From Octopus bimaculoides (lineage: Eukaryota), in the NCBI RefSeq assembly GCF_001194135.2, contig NC_068981.1, positions 189,771,806 through 189,835,805 on the forward strand: a stretch of DNA of 64,000 nt. The letters run 5' to 3'. The translations under genes and the position numbers were made by a program. Under the pieces are notes generated by a model that was given only the letters and a program-made list of their open reading frames with translations, was not told the origin of the DNA and made no database searches. This document shows positions 62,102 through 64,000 of this stretch, piece after piece (the first letter of the stretch is position 1; each line of letters begins with the position of its first letter).

Positions 62102-64000
62102 CTATATTGCCATAATAGGAACAGGCAAGCCAATATTCTATTTTGTTACCAGGGAATAAAACTACAGAGTTGTCTGTGAAATGTTGCTTGAAGACAATAT
62201 TCATAATGATAAAAATAAAAATCTGAGCAAAATATTGGTTTAGTTATTTTTATTCTCTTGTTTTCAGTCATACAAAGAAATTATTTATTTTACTCAGTAA
62301 CACATATATAAAGACACACACACACAAGTATACGCAAGTATGTATTTACAATTATGTTATAAAATTAGGTGTGCTGAGTTGGACAGCATCGGGACAGAAA
62401 GGAGCAGTTAGCAGAAAAAGACTGCAAGGAAAAAGCTGCTTGCAGATTAACATTTGAAGGAAAATTTGAAAATGGAATTCTGAAAGGGCATTGTTCCAAG
62501 GGAAGTAAATATGATAAAATTTTCAGGAGAAAGTGTCTCGGATAAATAAAATAATGGCTGAAAAGACGTGGTTCTTGTTTAACCTCAGATCTGCCCTGAT
62601 GTAGAAGAATTACCATCAAAGACATACAACCTTGATCTTCTTGTCTTTTTTACTAGGTACAGTGTATCTAGGATCACATCATCCAATATTTCATTTTTTT
62701 CTGAGATGATAGGAGGGAGATTTGTTGGTTGGTCTTCAGTGTTATACATCAGTTAAAGATACGCACACGCACACACACACACACACACACATTGTGCTTA
62801 TGCACAATTCCTATCAAATTCCACTCATTAGGTATTGGTCAGCAGTGTCTTAAAGTGTGATTGAACCTGGGTCATCAAAACTTTTTTATCATGCAGCCAA
62901 GCCCCCTCTCATATAATTTTTCTTTCTTTGTACATAAAACAACAAAACCATATGACTAAAATAGCTATATTGTCAGGAAAGAAGGAATAAAGTTATTCTT
63001 ATAGCTAGCTCTAGTTCATCAGACAAACATGAAGGTAGCTATTTAAATGCTGCTTGGGGATGTCAGACAAATTCAATATATCATTTATTTCTTAACTTTC
63101 CATTACTTTTGCCAAAATGCTAAAGCTACTCATTTCACCATCATTTCTGTGATAAAAGAGGCAATTTGACAGTAGCTGCATTTGAGTCCCAGATTGGAAA
63201 TCACAAAACTATTGCTACTACTGCTTCTAAAAATAAGTTAAACTCTGAAGTTAATGTTTTACTATTCTGTTAATGCTCCTGGATTGTGAAGTTGTAAGCA
63301 TTGGTTTTTGCACCCCAGGGCAATTGATAATCCATATCTAATTATAAAAACATTATTTCAAGGCAATACTTAATTCATTTGACAGGTACCAGAAAGGTTA
63401 ATGACCTTAAATTTTATCTCATCTCAAAATGACAATAATATTGTGACAGCTATTTCAGTTAACAAAATGAGAGCAGAGTGGGTGAGAGAGGTAAATTTAG
63501 TGATATATATATATGTGGAGACAGAAAAGAAGATCTTGAACAAGTGCCATTGGAATTATTTTCAAAATCTATATAAATAAAATCCATAGTGCATCATAGA
63601 AACCATGACTGCTGCTAAGCGAAGTTGGCATCTACTCATATTTTTTTTGGCTATTAACATAAAAATTAAATATTGTGATGGCAAACATCCATTGTTAGGG
63701 AAACAGTCAAATATCCTGTCAAACTGTGCTATAACACAGCATTAAATAAAAACAAGGAATGTTAAATTACAGTATTATAGGTCCAAAATTCACATTCCTG
63801 ACAACTTTAGACTGAAATATGAATTGCTCAATTTATAGAACTTTAACTCTGACAGAAATCCACTTGAATGGAAAAAATGAAAAGATCTTGTTTGCAGATA
63901 AACTAAACTGATATAAAGAAATCATAAAAAAAATTAAACTGGACTAAAAAATTTATAACTGTCATTCAAAAATAGCAGCATAATGCAGCAACATTAGGTT

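Noticed and set aside
62365-62625. 86-aa minus ORF and a ~55-codon plus frame (EKDCKEKAACRLTFEGKF...)
   Set aside because: No consistent splice signals or recognisable homology; cannot be distinguished from chance.

Overview
AT-rich, repeat-dominated eukaryotic DNA with five N gaps. It is inferred to be cephalopod (Octopus-like) from its tRNA-derived SINE families, dense (TA)n/(CA)n/(ATT)n microsatellites and RTE/CR1/R4 LINE relics. No intact long ORF or confidently nameable host gene is visible, and nearly all ORFs in the supplied track are microsatellite, N-run or transposon artefacts. Recognisable content: three tRNA-headed SINE families (here A, B, D); many 5'-truncated RTE LINE ends, some near-identical and so young; CR1 3' ends; a fragmented R4/Dong-like LINE with nested SINEs; a near full-length Chapaev3-like transposon; one full-length and one decayed mariner; Tc1/mariner and hAT MITEs; a Helentron/DINE-like element; a piggyBac-like end. 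Several splice-flanked open segments on both strands suggest one or two intron-rich host genes, but these are low-confidence. The most distinctive pattern is that (ATT)n/(TAA)n tails act as landing pads where SINE B and a non-tRNA ~540-bp element (family F) stack into arrays, plus one site hit twice with a triplicated 18-bp target. Repeat boundaries are approximate unless a TIR/TSD or splice site is quoted.
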